Shown piece by piece: positions 21,139 through 32,237 of a DNA stretch of 64,000 nt. The DNA is from Cytophagales bacterium (lineage in GTDB: Bacteria; Bacteroidota; Bacteroidia; Cytophagales; JAHDFW01), in assembly GCA_965277185.1 (NCBI GenBank), contig CBDICC010000009.1, positions 51,087-115,086 of the forward strand. The letters are read 5' to 3'. Position numbers and translations under genes: made by a program. The number at the start of each line of letters is the position of its first letter. Within the stretch, counting starts at the first letter, position 1. The notes below the pieces were generated by a model. That model saw only the letters and a list, made by a program, of their open reading frames with translations. It did no database searches and was not told the DNA's origin.

Positions 21139-21759
21139 TTAGGGTTTGTCTGTCAGTACTTTATACGTGTCAGGATAAATAAGTTTCTCCCAAATACGAT
21201 ACATATCTGCCGAACCGTGAATCCCATCTTTTGCTACTAAGTTAGATTCTGTTTGCATTCTTCGAGATATTGGGTAAATATCTGTGAGTGTCAAATTTCT
21301 TTTTTTAGCCTCCGCCTTTATAATAAAGTTGAATTCTTGAAGCCCTTCTGAAATATTTCGTCCTTTGCTGAAATCCTGTCCATTAGGCGTGATTCCAAAA
21401 TCAGGAATAGTAATTAAAACTATATTGTTAGGGTTATTTAACCCCTTTTGCACATGATCTAAAATATGTTTAAGGTTGCTAGAAAATTGGGCTTTAGTGA
21501 TTTCTTGAACCCAGTCATTAACACCGATTAGGAGTGTGCAAAAATCAACTTCAAGCGAATCAAAAACGGGAAGTTCCTTTTCAATTAAATCTTGTGTTGT
21601 CCAGCCAGTTACAGAGGGATTGGCAATTAACTCAATAGCTACACCAGCATTGTTTAGGTTTGAGGTTAAAATAGGAGGCCATGCTTCATTTAATTCCGCT
21701 CCTTCGCCTATTGTATAGGAATCACCTAAAGCAATGTATCGAATTGGTTTATTATTCAT
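21139..21759 (-). CDS. SGNH/GDSL-family hydrolase
   Basis: 206-aa ORF with block I IALGDSYTIGEG, a GVND block (LIGVNDW) and a C-terminal D..H (DGIHGS). Confidence 0.75.
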   Translation of the reverse strand: MNNKPIRYIALGDSYTIGEGAELNEAWPPILTSNLNNAGVAIELIANPSVTGWTTQDLIEKELPVFDSLEVDFCTLLIGVNDWVQEITKAQFSSNLKHILDHVQKGLNNPNNIVLITIPDFGITPNGQDFSKGRNISEGLQEFNFIIKAEAKKRNLTLTDIYPISRRMQTESNLVAKDGIHGSADMYRIWEKLIYPDTYKVLTDKP

Positions 21760-21822
21760 GAGACGTGCTTATTTCTTATATTATATTATAGTTTTTGTTA
21801 TGCTTTGTCTTGAAACTTCAAA

Positions 21823-23634
21823 TTACAAGATTTTCAAACTCATAACCAATACATCGTCTACTTGTTCCTCCTCCTGTTTCCAATTATTAAAAGCCAGATT
21901 TAATAATTCTCGTTGATCAGTAGGTTGTTTATCATGTATATCCGTTAAAATTTGTTTGAAATTTCTAATCTTTAGTTTCTTATTTCGATCTCCCCCAAAT
22001 TGATCAACATATCCATCAGTGAAAATAAAAATGGAATCACCAGATTCCAATTGGATTAAATGGTTTGTAAATGGTTTTTTTACTTGGTCTGAAAAAGCAC
22101 CAATTGGACGTTTATCCGCATTATACTTTATAAACTCGTAATTTCTTAATACGTAGAGATGGTTATATGCTCCTGCAAATTCCAAAGTTTTATTCTTTGG
22201 ATTGTATTTGCAAAGTGAAATATCCATGCCGTCTCTAAGGTGGAAATCTTCGACTTGTTGGTGTAAACTTTTAGAAACGCTTGAATTTAATTCATCTAAA
22301 ATTTGTGCAGGCGATGCACTTGGATATTCTTTAATCGCTTGATTTAATCCGTTGTAACCAATAATACTCATGAAAGCACCCGGAACTCCATGTCCAGTAC
22401 AATCAACAGCCGCAAAATAAATTTCTTCGCCGGATTTTTCTACCCAGTAGAAATCACCAGAAACGATGTCTTTTGGTTTATAATAAATGCACGCGGTAGG
22501 TAGGAGTGATGCAATTAATTCAGCCGGGGGTAAAATCGCTTTTTGTAGTCTTTTCGCATATTTAATACTATCCAGAATTTCATCATTTTTAGCAATTACA
22601 TCCGCATTTCGAGATTTTAAAGTTTGATTAATCCGTTTTCTATTTCGAATATTCCAATAAAGTATAATGACAAATACTAATAAAAGAATGGAACTAGCGC
22701 CGGCAGCCATTAATAATACTCTTTGCCCTTTATTCTCAGCATTTTGCAACGCTAACCTTCGTCTGGCATTTTCGATTTCTTGCTCGGCGAGAAGAATTTC
22801 AGTTTCTGCCAATAGAATTTCTTGTTCACGATCCTGAATTGCTTTCTTATCTTCATGGGTTTGCGCTTTCAATTTGTCCAACTCCAATTGTGCTTTTTGA
22901 GTATGAATATGAATTCGCATTTCGCTCAGTAAACTATCTTCCTTCTCGATCGATTTGGAATGATACAAATCTTCTTTTATTTCAGGAACTTTGGATTTCA
23001 CCGGATTTTCGATGATTTTTTCACCGGTAGATTCTATTATTTTAGTTGAAACGGTACTATCAATAGGGAACGGTATCGCGTTTGTGTTCACCTCAAGTTC
23101 CCTATAAATACGATACATTTTTTCCTGTTCTCGCTCTAGATTTTCGTTATACACATAATCATAGGTCATTGAGCCAAAATCTTTCTCATAAGCTTCACGC
23201 AAGGGTTTGAAGAAAATAGAATCCTCAATGCCTTCGATTTTGGGGAAAAGATAAATATCCCAGCTTTTAATTTTTAGTTCTTTTCCGGTTTCAATTTCTT
23301 TGGTGTCAAATTCAATGATCTTAGGATAGAAACCTTCTTTTTCAAACTTTATTTGATAAACATGGTGCGGTTCAAGATTGAATACCATTTCATATTGACC
23401 ATTGCTGTTTGCAGGAATATTAAACATGTTATGCTGGTCAATCGAAATTGTAATATTGACGTTGGGCAACATGGCGGTTGAAAATCGCTTTTTAAGCTGG
23501 TCAAATTTGTTAAACCGATCAATTCGCTGATAAATAGTTCCATCAATTGAAATGAACGAACGATGTTCTTTTTTTGCAAAAAGAAGCGTATTCACAAAGA
23601 TTACTGCCAAGAAAAATAAACTAAATTTTTTCAT
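21823..23634 (-). CDS. Membrane-anchored PP2C/SpoIIE-family serine phosphatase with extracytoplasmic N-terminal domain
   Basis: 603 aa. It has a signal peptide (MKKFSLFFLAVIFVNTLLFA), a ~290-aa external region, a coiled-coil stretch and a TM segment (VLLMAAGASSILLLVFVIILYW). The cytoplasmic SpoIIE/PP2C motifs are SGDFYWVE...AAVDCTGHGVPGAFMS...FTDGYVDQFGG. Confidence 0.8.
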   Translation of the reverse strand: MKKFSLFFLAVIFVNTLLFAKKEHRSFISIDGTIYQRIDRFNKFDQLKKRFSTAMLPNVNITISIDQHNMFNIPANSNGQYEMVFNLEPHHVYQIKFEKEGFYPKIIEFDTKEIETGKELKIKSWDIYLFPKIEGIEDSIFFKPLREAYEKDFGSMTYDYVYNENLEREQEKMYRIYRELEVNTNAIPFPIDSTVSTKIIESTGEKIIENPVKSKVPEIKEDLYHSKSIEKEDSLLSEMRIHIHTQKAQLELDKLKAQTHEDKKAIQDREQEILLAETEILLAEQEIENARRRLALQNAENKGQRVLLMAAGASSILLLVFVIILYWNIRNRKRINQTLKSRNADVIAKNDEILDSIKYAKRLQKAILPPAELIASLLPTACIYYKPKDIVSGDFYWVEKSGEEIYFAAVDCTGHGVPGAFMSIIGYNGLNQAIKEYPSASPAQILDELNSSVSKSLHQQVEDFHLRDGMDISLCKYNPKNKTLEFAGAYNHLYVLRNYEFIKYNADKRPIGAFSDQVKKPFTNHLIQLESGDSIFIFTDGYVDQFGGDRNKKLKIRNFKQILTDIHDKQPTDQRELLNLAFNNWKQEEEQVDDVLVMSLKIL

Positions 23635-23988
23635 GTTTAGCGACCAGCTTTAAAACCTATACGCAAATATGGTCAACTTGTTCATTTAGTCCCATTTATA
23701 AATGGGAATTATTCAAATGAAGGAGTCTGATCAGAATTAAAATTGGGCACGGTCTAAAGGGCTTGTGGAATTGAAACTAATCTTAATTTTATTTGTAGAG
23801 AAGCTGGAGTAGTTGGGAATTTATTCTACTTGAAATCCGTATTAAGGCATATTATTTTAGTTATACTTTTCAAAAAGGTACGAATATGAGCCCGATTATG
23901 GACCAAATAAGTTTGTAGCGAATCACGATGTGATGTGCACATTTTTTGTATTTTCGCATCTGGTAAATATTGAAAATAGAATTAAGAA

Positions 23989-25095
23989 ATGGAAGTATTA
24001 AATTTAAAAACAATTGCGCTTAATGATAAGCATATTTCGTTGGGGGCAAAAATGGTCGCTTTTGCAGGTTTTTCGATGCCTGTTCAATACTCCGGAGTGG
24101 TAGAAGAACACCAATGTGTGCGAAAAGGAGTAGGGATATTTGATGTTTCGCATATGGGAGAATTTACCGTTAAGGGTGAGAAAGCACTGGATTTAATTCA
24201 ATATATTACTAGTAATGATGCTTCCAAATTATTTCCGGGAAAGGCGCAATATGCTTGTTTTCCAAATGGAAAAGGAGGTATTGTAGATGATCTAATTGTA
24301 TACATGATTGCTGAGAACGACTATTTATTAGTTGTTAATGGAGCCAATATTGATAAAGATTGGGCTTGGGTAGAATCAAATAATGACCAAATTGGAGCTG
24401 AAATTGAAAATATTTCAGACGGAATAACTCTTTTTGCAGTGCAAGGGCCAAAGGCCGCTGAGGCGATGCAAGGACTCACTTCTGTAAATCTTACTGAAAT
24501 GGGATTTTATACATTTCAAATTGGGGACTTTGCAGGAGAATCGGATGTGATTATTTCTGCAACAGGTTATACTGGTTCAGGAGGATTTGAGATATATGTT
24601 AAGAATGAAGTAGCAACGAAAGTATTTGAATCCATAATGAAAGCAGGTAAATCGTTTGATATTGCACCAATTGGTCTTGCAGCTCGAGATACACTTCGTT
24701 TAGAAATGGGTTATTGTTTATATGGAAATGATATTACCGATGAAACATCTCCTTTAGAGGCAGGGTTAGGTTGGATTACTAAACTTAAAAAAGATTCTGA
24801 TTTTATTGATAAATCGTTTCTAACATCTCAGAAAGAGGCGGGAGTGAAAAGAAAACTAATAGCTTTTGAAATGATTGAAAGAGGGATTCCAAGACAGCAC
24901 TATGAAATTTGCAACGCGCAAAACGAAGTGATTGGCGAAGTGACCTCAGGAACTCAATCTCCAATGTTGGAAAAAGGAATTGGAATGGGGTATGTGACCA
25001 TTGAAAATGCTGCAGTGGAAAGTGAAATCTTTATTAAGGTTCGAAAAAAGCATTTGAAAGCACAAGTGGTTAAGCTACCGTTTTATAAAGCATAA
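23989..25095 (+). CDS. gcvT: Glycine cleavage system aminomethyltransferase (T protein)
   Basis: 368 aa. The motifs [40 protein letters not shown] and [17 protein letters not shown] are typical of GcvT. Confidence 0.92.
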   Translation: MEVLNLKTIALNDKHISLGAKMVAFAGFSMPVQYSGVVEEHQCVRKGVGIFDVSHMGEFTVKGEKALDLIQYITSNDASKLFPGKAQYACFPNGKGGIVDDLIVYMIAENDYLLVVNGANIDKDWAWVESNNDQIGAEIENISDGITLFAVQGPKAAEAMQGLTSVNLTEMGFYTFQIGDFAGESDVIISATGYTGSGGFEIYVKNEVATKVFESIMKAGKSFDIAPIGLAARDTLRLEMGYCLYGNDITDETSPLEAGLGWITKLKKDSDFIDKSFLTSQKEAGVKRKLIAFEMIERGIPRQHYEICNAQNEVIGEVTSGTQSPMLEKGIGMGYVTIENAAVESEIFIKVRKKHLKAQVVKLPFYKA

Positions 25096-25248
25096 CAATC
25101 GAATGATCCTCAGGTCATTTGTTCTTTGATTTAATAATTTGACGAAGTGCAGTGTTGATTGAGGTCGATGAAATATTGAGGAACTTAAGTGATCAATGAT
25201 TTAGGTTTGTTGATTCAGAATACGAAATTCATATAAAGAAAGGAATAT

Positions 25249-25974
25249 ATGCCTCTAATTGATGTTTGTCTGACACCTGAAACAATTCATTTATTTGATT
25301 TGGAGGGAAAGATAGCGGTTGTAACAGATATTTTTCGAGCAACTTCGACAATGACCGCTGCCTTAGCTAATGGAGTGAAGTCTGTAATTCCCGTAAGTGA
25401 GTTGGAACAATGTGAGAATTACATCGGAACAGATTATATCAAAGCCGCTGAAAGAGGTGGAAAGAAAGTTGAAGGATTTATCTATGGTAATTCGCCCTTT
25501 GATTACGGAAAAGACGATGTGAAAAATAAGGTATTGGTAATGACGACGACCAATGGAACGAGAGCCTTAAATTTATCAAAAAGCGCAGATGAAATACTAA
25601 TAGGTTCATTCTTGAACTTGAAAAGCACGATGGATTGGTTGAAGCAGACGAACAAAGACATTGTAGTCGTATGTGCGGGTTGGAAAGGACGTTTTAGTCT
25701 GGAAGACACCCTCTATGCAGGCGCAGTCGTTCATGCGTTGTCAAGCGAATTTGAATCTACCTCCGATGCAGCGTTTATTTCAAACATGCTATATGAAAAA
25801 GCATTGGAGACTAATTTGAGTGATTATGTATCTAATGCAGCACATTTCAAACGGTTAAATTCATTTAGTAATCACAAAGACGTTGAATACTGTATGAAAA
25901 ACGATGAGTTTACCTTTGTAGCAGGAGTTACGAATCGGGACAACAATGAAATCACCATTTTTCAAAAAGATTGA
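25249..25974 (+). CDS. comB: 2-phosphosulfolactate phosphatase (ComB) family protein
   Basis: The motifs VVTDIFRATSTMTAALANG, GNSPFDY, TTTNGTRAL and VVCAGWKGRFSLEDTLYAG match the ComB family pattern as I recall it. Confidence 0.75.
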   Translation: MPLIDVCLTPETIHLFDLEGKIAVVTDIFRATSTMTAALANGVKSVIPVSELEQCENYIGTDYIKAAERGGKKVEGFIYGNSPFDYGKDDVKNKVLVMTTTNGTRALNLSKSADEILIGSFLNLKSTMDWLKQTNKDIVVVCAGWKGRFSLEDTLYAGAVVHALSSEFESTSDAAFISNMLYEKALETNLSDYVSNAAHFKRLNSFSNHKDVEYCMKNDEFTFVAGVTNRDNNEITIFQKD

Positions 25975-26068
25975 TCGCCAACTTTTTTATTTAGGTGGGA
26001 TTTGGCAATTAGTGTTAGTGAATTTCTTAAATTGTCTAGTTAACACACTTTAATTTGTATCTTGAATT

Positions 26069-26458
26069 ATGCTGTTTTTTATTGGAATAGGGTTTATGAT
26101 TGCAGGATGTATAGCTGCATTCATGTTTATCCGAAAAGCAACGAGGCCTAAAGTCAACGCTCAGGTAATACGCATTGTGATGGATTATTATGAAAAAGAC
26201 ACACAACGCCTAAAGCAACATCCTCACGGGTTTATAACCTATACAGTGCAAAACAGGGAATATGAAGCTAAAATATTGCTTATGAAACGTAAGGTGCAGG
26301 AAAAAGACATTATTGTCGTTTCATATAAGGAAGATAATCCTGAGAAACCAACGATGTATGCCCCTAAAACCGAAATTATAACGACCATTTTACTTTTTGC
26401 TATAGGTAGTATTTTAACTGGTGTTAGCCTGTACCTTATGGATTACTTTAATTTTTAA
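26069..26458 (+). CDS. Small membrane protein (two TM helices flanking a soluble domain; DUF3592-like topology)
   Basis: 129-aa ORF with an N-terminal TM (FFIGIGFMIAGCIAAFMFI) and a C-terminal TM (IITTILLFAIGSILTGVSLYL). I recognised no catalytic motifs. Confidence 0.5.
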   Translation: MLFFIGIGFMIAGCIAAFMFIRKATRPKVNAQVIRIVMDYYEKDTQRLKQHPHGFITYTVQNREYEAKILLMKRKVQEKDIIVVSYKEDNPEKPTMYAPKTEIITTILLFAIGSILTGVSLYLMDYFNF

Positions 26459-26686
26459 AGTTGAATTTTTAGGTCTCTGGGCAACCATTTCTGTCAAAAA
26501 CGAGTTATCAAGAAAACATCAGGATTAAGATTTTGTGATTAGGAAAAAACTTACAGGTTTTTGAAATCATATCATTTTGATTTAGTGTTTTTTTTCGTTT
26601 TCGGATTACGAGAACAAATGAAAAATTAAAGAAATATTTCCTTTGTTAAAAGTGATCAAAAAGAACGCAAAACAGGAAAAAATCCT

Positions 26687-26694
26687 TATTTTTG
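26687..26694 (+). promoter_or_regulatory. Candidate Bacteroidetes -7 promoter box (TAnnTTTG)
   Basis: Exact match TATTTTTG, 16 nt upstream of the GTG start at 26711. No clear -33 TTG at canonical spacing. The motif is expected by chance several times in AT-rich intergenic DNA. Confidence 0.25.
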
Positions 26695-26710
26695 GCCAAA
26701 ATTAGTTGTT

Positions 26711-28981
26711 GTGAAAAAGATTATTTCAATTCTGTGTGGAATTTGTGCTATAACCCTAAGTATGGCGCAAACCGGGGAAATTCGAGGGTTTCTGTACGAT
26801 TCGGAAACCGGAGAGCCGCTATTGTTCTCAAATGTGATTTTAGACGGGACTACGATAGGTGTACCGACTAATATCAATGGTTTTTATTCTTTAACAAAAG
26901 TTAAAGTGGGAACCTACACATTGTTAGCTACTTCAGTTGGGTATGATACATTGCGAGCTACCGTTGAAATAAAAGCCAATGGGATTATTTCTAAGAGTTT
27001 TAGTTTAAGTCCAAATCTAACCGACATAGAGGCGGTCGAAGTGTACACGGATAAGATCGATCGATCCAAAAACGTAAGCGTTGGTGTTACGAAGATAACT
27101 CCCAGGAAAATAAAATTAATGCCTAGTATAGGAGGGGAGCCTGATTTGGCACAATATTTACAAACCCTACCTGGAGTAATTTTTACTGGAGATCAAGGAG
27201 GTCAATTGTATATTAGAGGAGGAAGTCCGGTCCAGAACCTGACCTTGTTGGACGGTATGATGGTCTACAATCCATTTCACTCAATAGGTCTTTTTTCTGT
27301 GTTTGATACGGATTTATTGAGATCTGTTGACGTGTATAGTGGAGGATTTAAAGCAGATTATGGAGGAAGAGCATCTTCTGTAATGGATATCAGAACAAGA
27401 GACGGGAATAAAAAGAAAATGGGAGGGAAAATTTCCGCAAACCCATTTACTGGAAAAGTGATGTTAGAAGGACCATTGGTAAAAGGTCAAACGGATAACA
27501 GTGGAACATCGTTCTTGTTTTCTCAGCGAACTTCATATTTGAACAAAACAGCACCAATCCTTTATTCATATGTAAATGACAATGGTTTACCATATAGCTT
27601 TAGCGACACATATGCTAAAATTGTAACCCAAGCGCCTACAGGAAGTAAAGCGAGTATATCTGCCTTTAACTTTACAGATCAAGCGAATTTGGATTCATTG
27701 AACAATATTTCATGGAGAAATGTCGGAATTGGAAGTAATTTTCTTTTGCTTCCAGCAACGAATTCAAATGTAATGACTGGATACTTTGGTTATTCTAAAT
27801 ATGACATTAGTATTTCACAAGAATCATCTAGACCAAGATCAAGCAGCGTAGATAACTTTAATTTTAACCTTGATTTTAATTCCTATATAGAAAAGGATGA
27901 ATTGAAGTATGGAGTATCCTTTGTAGCAAATACAACTGGCTTTTTTGGTTTTGATCACAGAGATCAATTCGTGGAGATAAGAGAAAATAATACGGAAATA
28001 GCTGGTTATGCTAGGTATAAAATAGTTCGACCACGTTACATTGTGGAGCCAAGTCTTCGTTTGCATTACTATGCCTCCCTAAACAATATGAGACCAGAGC
28101 CAAGGTTGGGGGCTAAATACATTCTAACAGATAAAATCAGATTGAAATTTGCAGGAGGATGGTTTACTCAGAATTTGATCGCTACAAGATCAGATAAAGA
28201 CGTAGTAAATCTTTTTGCTGGATTTTTATCCTCACCAAGAATTTTGGTGGATGTGAATGGAGATCGCGTTGATAATAAGTTGCAAACCGCATGGCATTCC
28301 TTATTTGGAATAGAAATAGATATTAATGATCGTGTAGAAATAGATGTAGAGCCATACATAAAGGAATTTACACAGTTGGTCAATATTAACAGAGATTATC
28401 AAATTGATGCTGATTACCTAGTTGAAAATGGAAGAGCACAAGGAATAGACTTTCAATTAAGATACGAAGCCAAATCGATATATATCCAAGCCGGATATTC
28501 GCTTGGGTATGTATTTAGAAATGGAATCATTGATATTTCAAGTCAGCTTAAGAAATATCCAACTAATTATGATCGTCGGCACAACTTAAACTTTTTGTTA
28601 TCTAAGAAGTTTGGAAAGAAAAACAGTTGGGAATTTAGCTCAAGATGGAATCTAGGATCTGGATTTCCATTTACGGAGACACAAGGTTTCTTTGAGGAAT
28701 ATTCATTCTCAGGATCAATTGATAATGACTTCACAACGGACAATGGAGACTTAGGAATTATTTACGCTCCATTGAACAGTGGACGATTATTGTCATACCA
28801 TCGATTGGACATGTCGTTCAAAAAAACCATTAAAATGAAGAACAGAACGAAGATGGAATTGAATGCAGGTTTGATCAATACATACAATAGAAGGAACATT
28901 TTTTACGTTGATAGAGTAACCGGACTGAAAACATACCAACTTCCAATTGTTCCGAGCTTTGGAGTAAACTGGGATTTTTAA
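26711..28981 (+). CDS. TonB-dependent receptor with CarboxypepD_reg-like N-terminal domain
   Basis: 756 aa with a GTG start. It has a signal peptide (ILCGICAITLSMAQ) and a GEIRGFLYDSETGEPLLFSNVIL...GFYSL...G.Y.L regulatory-like domain. Plug motifs are present (IRGGSPVQNLTLLDGMMVYNP). The C-terminus ends in a terminal aromatic (..GVNWDF). Confidence 0.85.
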   Translation: MKKIISILCGICAITLSMAQTGEIRGFLYDSETGEPLLFSNVILDGTTIGVPTNINGFYSLTKVKVGTYTLLATSVGYDTLRATVEIKANGIISKSFSLSPNLTDIEAVEVYTDKIDRSKNVSVGVTKITPRKIKLMPSIGGEPDLAQYLQTLPGVIFTGDQGGQLYIRGGSPVQNLTLLDGMMVYNPFHSIGLFSVFDTDLLRSVDVYSGGFKADYGGRASSVMDIRTRDGNKKKMGGKISANPFTGKVMLEGPLVKGQTDNSGTSFLFSQRTSYLNKTAPILYSYVNDNGLPYSFSDTYAKIVTQAPTGSKASISAFNFTDQANLDSLNNISWRNVGIGSNFLLLPATNSNVMTGYFGYSKYDISISQESSRPRSSSVDNFNFNLDFNSYIEKDELKYGVSFVANTTGFFGFDHRDQFVEIRENNTEIAGYARYKIVRPRYIVEPSLRLHYYASLNNMRPEPRLGAKYILTDKIRLKFAGGWFTQNLIATRSDKDVVNLFAGFLSSPRILVDVNGDRVDNKLQTAWHSLFGIEIDINDRVEIDVEPYIKEFTQLVNINRDYQIDADYLVENGRAQGIDFQLRYEAKSIYIQAGYSLGYVFRNGIIDISSQLKKYPTNYDRRHNLNFLLSKKFGKKNSWEFSSRWNLGSGFPFTETQGFFEEYSFSGSIDNDFTTDNGDLGIIYAPLNSGRLLSYHRLDMSFKKTIKMKNRTKMELNAGLINTYNRRNIFYVDRVTGLKTYQLPIVPSFGVNWDF

Positions 28982-29117
28982 TCCTTAGATTGAATCGAGC
29001 ACTGATCAAAATCGGAAGTGGAGATTGATAAAATGAATCTGGTTAAAGGAAGAAAGAAACAAAATAGGGAGGTGCTACGCAACACCTTTGAATAAATTAA
29101 ATTAACGAAAACTGTTT

Positions 29118-32100
29118 ATGAGTTTTAGGGGACTTGTAAAAATAATATTGTTTGTATTTATTGCTCTGGTCAATGTTGGATCAGTTAGCAGTCAAAATTC
29201 CATTTACGTAAATTCTTCAGCGCAAGCGTTTGATGAATCCTACGAATTATACAAGGCGTGTAAATACAATGCTTGTATAGATTCCTATGAGAAATTCAGG
29301 TTAAAATATCCGAATGATAAACCAGAGTTATGTCAATTCTACATTGCCGCCTCACATTTATATTTATTCCATGATAATGCCGAGTATGAACTAGGCAAAT
29401 TAGCAGAGCAAAATCAAGGACATTTTGTGTCTTCATTGGCATTTTATGAATTAGGGGTACATTTTTATAGAGAGGGAGACTATGATAAGACCATTCAGTA
29501 CTTAACTCAAGTAAAAAAAGAACAACTTGGGAGCAATGACCGAGGGGAATTAAACTTCAAATTAGGATATGCTTATTTCAGTAAAAAGCAGTTTAAGAAA
29601 GCCCTTGATTTGTTTGGTAGGGCTAAATTACGTAATTCCAAGTACCATTCTGCCTCTGCATATTACTCTGGTTATATTTACATCCATTTGAAGCAATGGA
29701 AAAAAGCACTAGACGTACTTAAGCCATTAGAAAAAGACCCAGCATATGCACTTCATGTACCTGCGATGATCGCTAAAGCGATGTACAATTTAGGTATGCA
29801 AGAGGAGCTTTTGAAATATGGACATGATATTTTAGAATCCGGAAAACGCATTAAACGTGCAGAGCAAGTAAGTTTGTTTGTGGGGGCAGTGTATTTTGAT
29901 CAAAAGGACTACATGCATGCAACAGAATTCATTAGTGTTTATAAGCGTAAAGCAAAGAAGCCACATCGAGATGTTTATTATCGTTTAGGTTTTTCTTATT
30001 TCAAGGAAGGGAAGTATTACGATGCCATTGATAATTTAAAAAACTCAATGATTCCTGATGATTCATTGGCGCAAGTGACAGCCTATTATTTGGGACATAG
30101 TTATTTAAAAACAAAACAGATCCCGTATGCTATTACGGCTTTCAAACAAGCTTTTGATTTGACATTTAACAAAAGTATTGAAGAGGAAGCGCTGCTCAAT
30201 TATGGAAAGCTTAGTTATCAAAATGGAAATAATGGAAACACTATTATAGGATTGACTCGCTTGTTGAATCGGTATCCAGATACTAAGAATGGAAATTTGG
30301 TGAAAGAGTTGTTGAGTGACGCTTACTTGAAATCCGATAATTATGAGGATGCGGTGAATTACCTTGGTTCGATTCGAAAAAAGACGGAGAAGGTGAAATA
30401 TGCGTACCAAAATGCGGCATTTATGTTAGCAGTTAAATATTACAACTGTAAAGATTTTGCTCAGACGGAGGCATACCTAGATAAAGCATTTACCTATCCT
30501 TCCAATAAAGACTTATTGGCTTCAAGTTATTACTTGAAAGCGGAGATGTTGGCCCAGCAGGAAAAATATAATCTGGCCATATTAAATTATTCAGGTGTTT
30601 TTCAAACGGATTCGAAACGTTCATCTGTATATTATCTAAAATCCAGATACGGGATTGCTTTTGCGTATTATAATCACAAGGAGTATACCAAGGCAAAAGC
30701 ACATTATGAATACTATGTAAACAAAGCAAAAACAAAAGATACGTATTACGCAGATGCAATGATTCATTTAGCTGATTGCTATTATATTGGTGAAGATTAT
30801 GGTAAAGCATCAAAATACTATGAAAGTGCCCTTGAGGAGTCAAACTACATGAACGATTATGCATTATATCAAAGTGGCGTAATGGCTTTTATTATGAAAG
30901 ATTATGATAAAAGTAAAGCGCGATTCAGAGAAATGTCAGCGAAGTATCCGAATTCAGGTTACGCAGATAATGCATTGTTTCAATCGGCGATGGTTGATAT
31001 GGATATAGCCAAATATGATATTGCGGTTGTGGACTTTACCAAACTGATTGAAACCTATCCAGGATCTGATTTGTTGCCAATTGCGCTTGAAAAAAGAGGA
31101 TTAGCTTATGTTAATTTAAGAAATTTCAGAGGGGCCAAAAAAGATTTTGTTCAGATCATAGAACAATTCTCGACTAATGAAGTAGCCAAAGGTGCTATTT
31201 TAAGTCTGCAAGCCGCTTTAACAGAACTTGGAGAACAAGAAGATTTGCCTAAATATTTGGCGGCATATAAATTGGCTAATCCAGATGATAAAAACATAGA
31301 AAAAGTAGAATATGAAAGTGCGAAAGGGCTCTATTCTTCTGAAAAATATAGAAGTGGAGTAGCAGCGTTTGAGTCTTTTATGAATTTGCACCCTAATTCT
31401 CCCTTGATTAATAAGGCACGATATTATTTAGCGGAATGCTATCGATTGAACAACGATAATGCAAAGGCACTAAGGACATTTGAAATATTTATTAAGGATA
31501 ATAAAGGGTTCTTCATGGAGAAATCTATAAGTAAATGTGCGAATCTATATTATCTAGTGGATTCATTTACTCAAGCGAGGGTAAAATATAAATTACTTTC
31601 TGACGCGTCAACTAAGAATAAGTATAAAGTAAAAGGATATTTAGGACAAATGAAATCAGCGTATGCAATGGAAGATTTTAAATCTTCTTTAAAGCATGCA
31701 AACTACGTGATTAATAAAAGCAATGCACATACTAAAGATATCAACTTGGCATATTTATATAAGTCTAAAAATGAATTTTTGCTCGGAAATGATTCCAATG
31801 GTGTGACAAGTCTTAAATATTTATTGACAAATTCAAAATATGAATCAGGTGCAGAAGCAAATTATTTATTAGCAAAGTATTATTATGATCAAAAGGATTA
31901 CAATCAATCGATTGAAGTTCTTCGTCAGTTAAATGATAATTATGCAAGCTATGATTACTGGTTAGGTAAGTCCTTTTTATTGATTGCTGATAATTATATT
32001 GCGTTGAATGAATTGTTTCAGGCAAAAGCTACATTGGTTTCGCTCAAAGAGAAATCGTCCAGTAAGCAGATAGTAGAGGAGGCTGAATTGAAACTTCAGT

Positions 32101-32237
32101 TTTTGAACCAGCAAGGTATGCAACAAGCAGCGCCAGATAGTGATAGTACCGGGGTGAATGAAATTATACCGGAAGAGGAAGTGGCGCCTGATTCTTTGAA
32201 CAATAATGAAAATAAAAACGTTCCGGAAGATGAGTAA
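29118..32237 (+). CDS. Large tetratricopeptide-repeat (TPR) protein, secreted/periplasmic
   Basis: 1039 aa with a signal-like N-terminus (IILFVFIALVNVGSVSSQ). There are many A/Y/L-patterned 34-aa TPR-like units (e.g. YYLGHSYLKTKQIPYAITAFKQAF). Confidence 0.8.
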   Translation: MSFRGLVKIILFVFIALVNVGSVSSQNSIYVNSSAQAFDESYELYKACKYNACIDSYEKFRLKYPNDKPELCQFYIAASHLYLFHDNAEYELGKLAEQNQGHFVSSLAFYELGVHFYREGDYDKTIQYLTQVKKEQLGSNDRGELNFKLGYAYFSKKQFKKALDLFGRAKLRNSKYHSASAYYSGYIYIHLKQWKKALDVLKPLEKDPAYALHVPAMIAKAMYNLGMQEELLKYGHDILESGKRIKRAEQVSLFVGAVYFDQKDYMHATEFISVYKRKAKKPHRDVYYRLGFSYFKEGKYYDAIDNLKNSMIPDDSLAQVTAYYLGHSYLKTKQIPYAITAFKQAFDLTFNKSIEEEALLNYGKLSYQNGNNGNTIIGLTRLLNRYPDTKNGNLVKELLSDAYLKSDNYEDAVNYLGSIRKKTEKVKYAYQNAAFMLAVKYYNCKDFAQTEAYLDKAFTYPSNKDLLASSYYLKAEMLAQQEKYNLAILNYSGVFQTDSKRSSVYYLKSRYGIAFAYYNHKEYTKAKAHYEYYVNKAKTKDTYYADAMIHLADCYYIGEDYGKASKYYESALEESNYMNDYALYQSGVMAFIMKDYDKSKARFREMSAKYPNSGYADNALFQSAMVDMDIAKYDIAVVDFTKLIETYPGSDLLPIALEKRGLAYVNLRNFRGAKKDFVQIIEQFSTNEVAKGAILSLQAALTELGEQEDLPKYLAAYKLANPDDKNIEKVEYESAKGLYSSEKYRSGVAAFESFMNLHPNSPLINKARYYLAECYRLNNDNAKALRTFEIFIKDNKGFFMEKSISKCANLYYLVDSFTQARVKYKLLSDASTKNKYKVKGYLGQMKSAYAMEDFKSSLKHANYVINKSNAHTKDINLAYLYKSKNEFLLGNDSNGVTSLKYLLTNSKYESGAEANYLLAKYYYDQKDYNQSIEVLRQLNDNYASYDYWLGKSFLLIADNYIALNELFQAKATLVSLKEKSSSKQIVEEAELKLQFLNQQGMQQAAPDSDSTGVNEIIPEEEVAPDSLNNNENKNVPEDE

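Noticed and set aside
23635-23988. Glycine riboswitch upstream of gcvT.
   Set aside because: I looked for the conserved glycine-riboswitch cores (GGAGAG...CACCG...GGGGCAA-type elements) and found none. The region is AT-rich with only a short ATGTGCACAT palindrome.
32206-32229. The upstream ATG at 32206 as the start of the OMP-like gene, and the 31977-32312 minus-strand ORF.
   Set aside because: The ATG at 32230 overlaps the TPR gene stop (ATGAGTAA) and still precedes the hydrophobic leader. The extra 8 codons lie wholly inside the upstream gene, though this choice is not certain. The minus-strand ORF is antisense to both genes.
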